From assembly GCA_965248595.1 (NCBI GenBank), contig CBDFJM010000004.1, forward strand, positions 22,833 through 86,832: a stretch of DNA of 64,000 nucleotides, in the 5' to 3' direction. The DNA comes from Dehalococcoidia bacterium. Its GTDB lineage: Bacteria > Chloroflexota > Dehalococcoidia > Lucifugimonadales > SHYF01. The position numbers and the translations under genes were made by a program. Positions 61,259 through 64,000 of this stretch are shown in pieces. Position 1 is the stretch's first letter. Each line of letters begins with the position of its first letter. A model generated the notes under the pieces. It was not told the DNA's origin and searched no databases. It saw nothing but the letters and a program-made list of their open reading frames with translations.

Positions 61259-61430
61259 TTAGAACTGTATCTTACCCACCTCTCGTTCGCAGATGCGCGT
61301 GGTATCGATATCCCGGTGCCCCAGCTGCTCCTGAAGTGCATCCAGGCATCCTCCGCAGTTGAGGAGGTGACGGCATCACCGTTGCGGGAGAGGTGGGCGC
61401 GTGCGTCGCGCCGCAGCTTGGCCTTCTGAC
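61259..61430 (-). pseudogene. Second tyrosine recombinase remnant, paralogue of 25696..26282
   Basis: Translates QKAKLRRDARAHLSRNGDAVTLLNCGGCLDALQEQLGHRDIDTTRICEREVGKIQF*. Confidence 0.75.
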
Positions 61431-61704
61431 CACCGTTGCGAGGGGGTACCTCTCACAGCTCCTCAGTGAAGATCATGAATGCGCCTTCATATACGCGCCA
61501 CAAAAAATCCGGGATGGTTGCACATGGAGATGGATAGGCTTTGCACCAATACTCCAAAGGTCTCTGGAACATTGCAGCCCGGGCCTTTGTGTTCCTGTTC
61601 CCAAGGCCGCTATGCTCTGATTGCCCCACTGTCGACCTATCTCCCTTTCATATGTCGGGGGGACTGGTGGCATCCCATTAGTCAACTATAAGTCCTTGAT
61701 TGAC

Positions 61705-63068
61705 AGTAGAGTCCCAGGAAGTGGTGTAACAAGAGTAGAGGGTCTGGATGAAGAGAGACCACCACGTCATCCTTAGCGGGCAAAGACGAGCCTGAGAAAG
61801 GAGGACAACGGTGGTCAAGGAAAGGATGGACCTGCTTGAGCTAATGCGCAAGAGGGGAGTCGACGGTGACGTGGACTTTCTACGAGAGGCACTGAGAGTG
61901 CTGGTCGAGGAGATCATGGAGGCTGATGTGTCATCGAGGACCGGCGCTGGGTATGGAGAACGCAACCCTGAGCGGGTGACCCAGCGCAACGGGTACCGGT
62001 CTCGAGCATGGGACACTCGCGTAGGGACCATGGAGTTGCAGATACCCAAGCTGAGGGAGGGGAGCTACTTTCCGAGCCTGCTGGAGCCACGGCGTCGCAG
62101 CGAGCGAGCTCTGCTGGCGGTGATCCAGCAGGCGTATGTGGAGGGTGTATCGACGAGGCGAGTGGATGATCTGGTCAAGGCTCTTTGGTGCGAGGGTATC
62201 TCAAAGAGCCAAGTGTCGCGTATCTGCCAGGAGCTGGACGGGGTGGTGGACTTCCTGGGTGGCCGCTGGACGGTGGACCCTACCCTTACCTGTGGCCGGA
62301 CGCACTGACCCAGAAGGTCAGGGAGGACGGCAGGATAGTCAACGTCAGCGTGGTGGTGGCGACGGCGGTCAATAGCGAGGGCAAGCGTGAGATCGTTGGG
62401 ATGGACGTGGGTACCAGTGAAGACGGCGCCTTCTGGTTAGCCTTCCTGCGCTCACTGTCGGCCAGGGGCCTCGGCGGGGTGGAACTGGTGGTATCGGACG
62501 CTCATCAGGGACTCAGGGATGCCATCGCAACTGTCTTCGGTGGGGCCAGTTGGCAGCGGTGCCGCACCCACTTCATGACCAACCTGCTCACTCGGGTCCC
62601 CAGGAGCGCTCAGCCCTGGGTGGCCACCATGGTACGCACCATCTACCAGCAGCCGTCCCCTCAGGAGGTGCATGCCCAACTCGAGCGGGTGATTGCTCAG
62701 CTCCAGGACCCGTTCCCACAGGTCGCCTCTCGACTGGACGAGGCTGGACCCGACGTCCTGGCCTTCTCCAGCTTCCCACTCGCCCACTGGAAGAAGATCT
62801 GGTCCAACAACCCCCTGGAGCGTCTCAACAAGGAGATACGGCGCCGCACCGATGTGGTGGGCATCTTCCCTAACCGCCCAGCTGTCCGTCGCCTGGTCGG
62901 CGCCGTCCTAGCTGAGCAGCACGACGAGTGGGCCGTCGGCCGTCGATACATGACACAGGAGGTAACCACCTCCAACGAAGCTCTACCCAGAGCCGAACTC
63001 GCAGAGGCAGCGGCCTAGACGATATCAACAGGATGACGTACTCTTACACCACTCTATGGGACGTGACC
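61705..63068 (+). mobile_element. IS256-family element, copy 4 (frameshifted transposase)
   Basis: Same lesions as copy 3, opposite orientation. Confidence 0.92.
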
Positions 63069-63429
63069 GGCCGCATACAAAGCCAGCCTTTTCTGTCGGT
63101 ACCGTAGCCAACAAGAGAATGCGACCATCCTGTGCCAAGGCATAGTACTCTCCCGCATTTCGCTTGACGTGTTTCCTGGACGCCTCGTAGTCAGCTGAGG
63201 AGACGATGGTGGCCCAATAACCCTGGCGCCCATTGTAGCTAATCGCGAAACCAAGTATGCGTTCGGACCACAGTTTACGAAGGCGTTTCCAGCAATTGGG
63301 GCAGCCCCAACTGTCGCAATAAAGGCGCACAATGACCACTTTGTTGCTGGCATTCCAGTATATGCGGGTTCCTTTACCGCATAACCCTTCAGTCCGACTT
63401 AGCCCACATGCCTGGGTCTCTTGGGTTAA
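63069..63429 (-). pseudogene. Middle fragment of putative Rep-like protein with Cys cluster
   Basis: LCGKG...LYCDSWGCPNCW motif; bounded by the IS1380 and IS256 right ends. Confidence 0.55.
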
Positions 63430-64000
63430 GCCCGAATCCACCGATGCGGAGCGGCCTTGGGGTTGGAACAAGGGGTGAGGGCCGTGGGACGCGACGGTCC
63501 GCGCTCGATTCCGATAAATGGGGCCGGTGGCGGCCTTTGGTTGGAGTTGGTGGCGCCGATGGCGGTCCTGGGCAGCGGCGCTGGGGCGGGGTCGGCGGGA
63601 CAGCATGCAAGGGAAGACAATCGCGGACCGGGCCGGTGCGACTCTGTGGGGTGGTTGAGTAGTCTGGTGGACGTGTCAGGCGCCGTCGGTGCCGTCAGGC
63701 AGGCAATGGCAGGGCTCGCAATCGAGCCAGGGCGCGAGTGAACTGGGTTTCCCAAGGCCAGCCCTGTGGCAGATGCAAAGTGAGGCGGCGGGCCGAGCGG
63801 GTGAGCCGTCCGGCCAGGGAGAAGAAGCGCCGCCGGAGGGTCCTGGTGGTCACCACCCCCTCGCCCAGACCGATGCGCGCAGTCCAGCGGGCCAGGTTAT
63901 GGGCCAGCACCTGAACGGCCAGCCAGGCGCCGTTGGCGGGGAAGCGGCCCGAGGGGAAATGATTGAGGCCGACGCCGTGTTTGAGGTCTCGGATGGCATT
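63430..64000 (-). mobile_element. IS1380-family element, copy 3 (right part; continues beyond window)
   Basis: Reverse complement of about 35041..35611. Confidence 0.92.

Overview
GC-rich bacterial chromosome segment, most likely Chloroflexota/Dehalococcoidia (SAR202-like). This assignment is inferred from gene content, a MALTLAEA-type capsid gene and GAAC-N4-GTTC boxes. Core genes (tRNA-Thr, gatC/gatA, hrcA-dnaJ-prmA, gyrB, ilvD) alternate with heavily eroded accessory DNA: four copies of one IS256-family element, a fragment of a second IS256 type, three IS1380-family copies, one decayed IS3, two decayed tyrosine recombinases, FG-GAP/FN3/cadherin surface proteins and several intergenic palindromic repeat families. 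Main observations: (1) a rhodanese gene whose active-site Cys codon is an in-frame TGA followed by a SECIS-like hairpin, a probable unannotated selenoprotein; (2) a small large-serine-recombinase element (recombinase, regulator, excisionase-like HTH, Rep-like gene) abutting a truncated, solitary phage-capsid gene that has a LexA-like box; (3) a ~14 kb inversion between inverted IS1380 copies, reconstructed from two in-frame gene halves; (4) a promoter/operator/terminator unit defining a candidate small RNA; (5) a transglutaminase-like protein with Ser in place of the catalytic Cys. All calls come from reading the sequence; no database searches were run.
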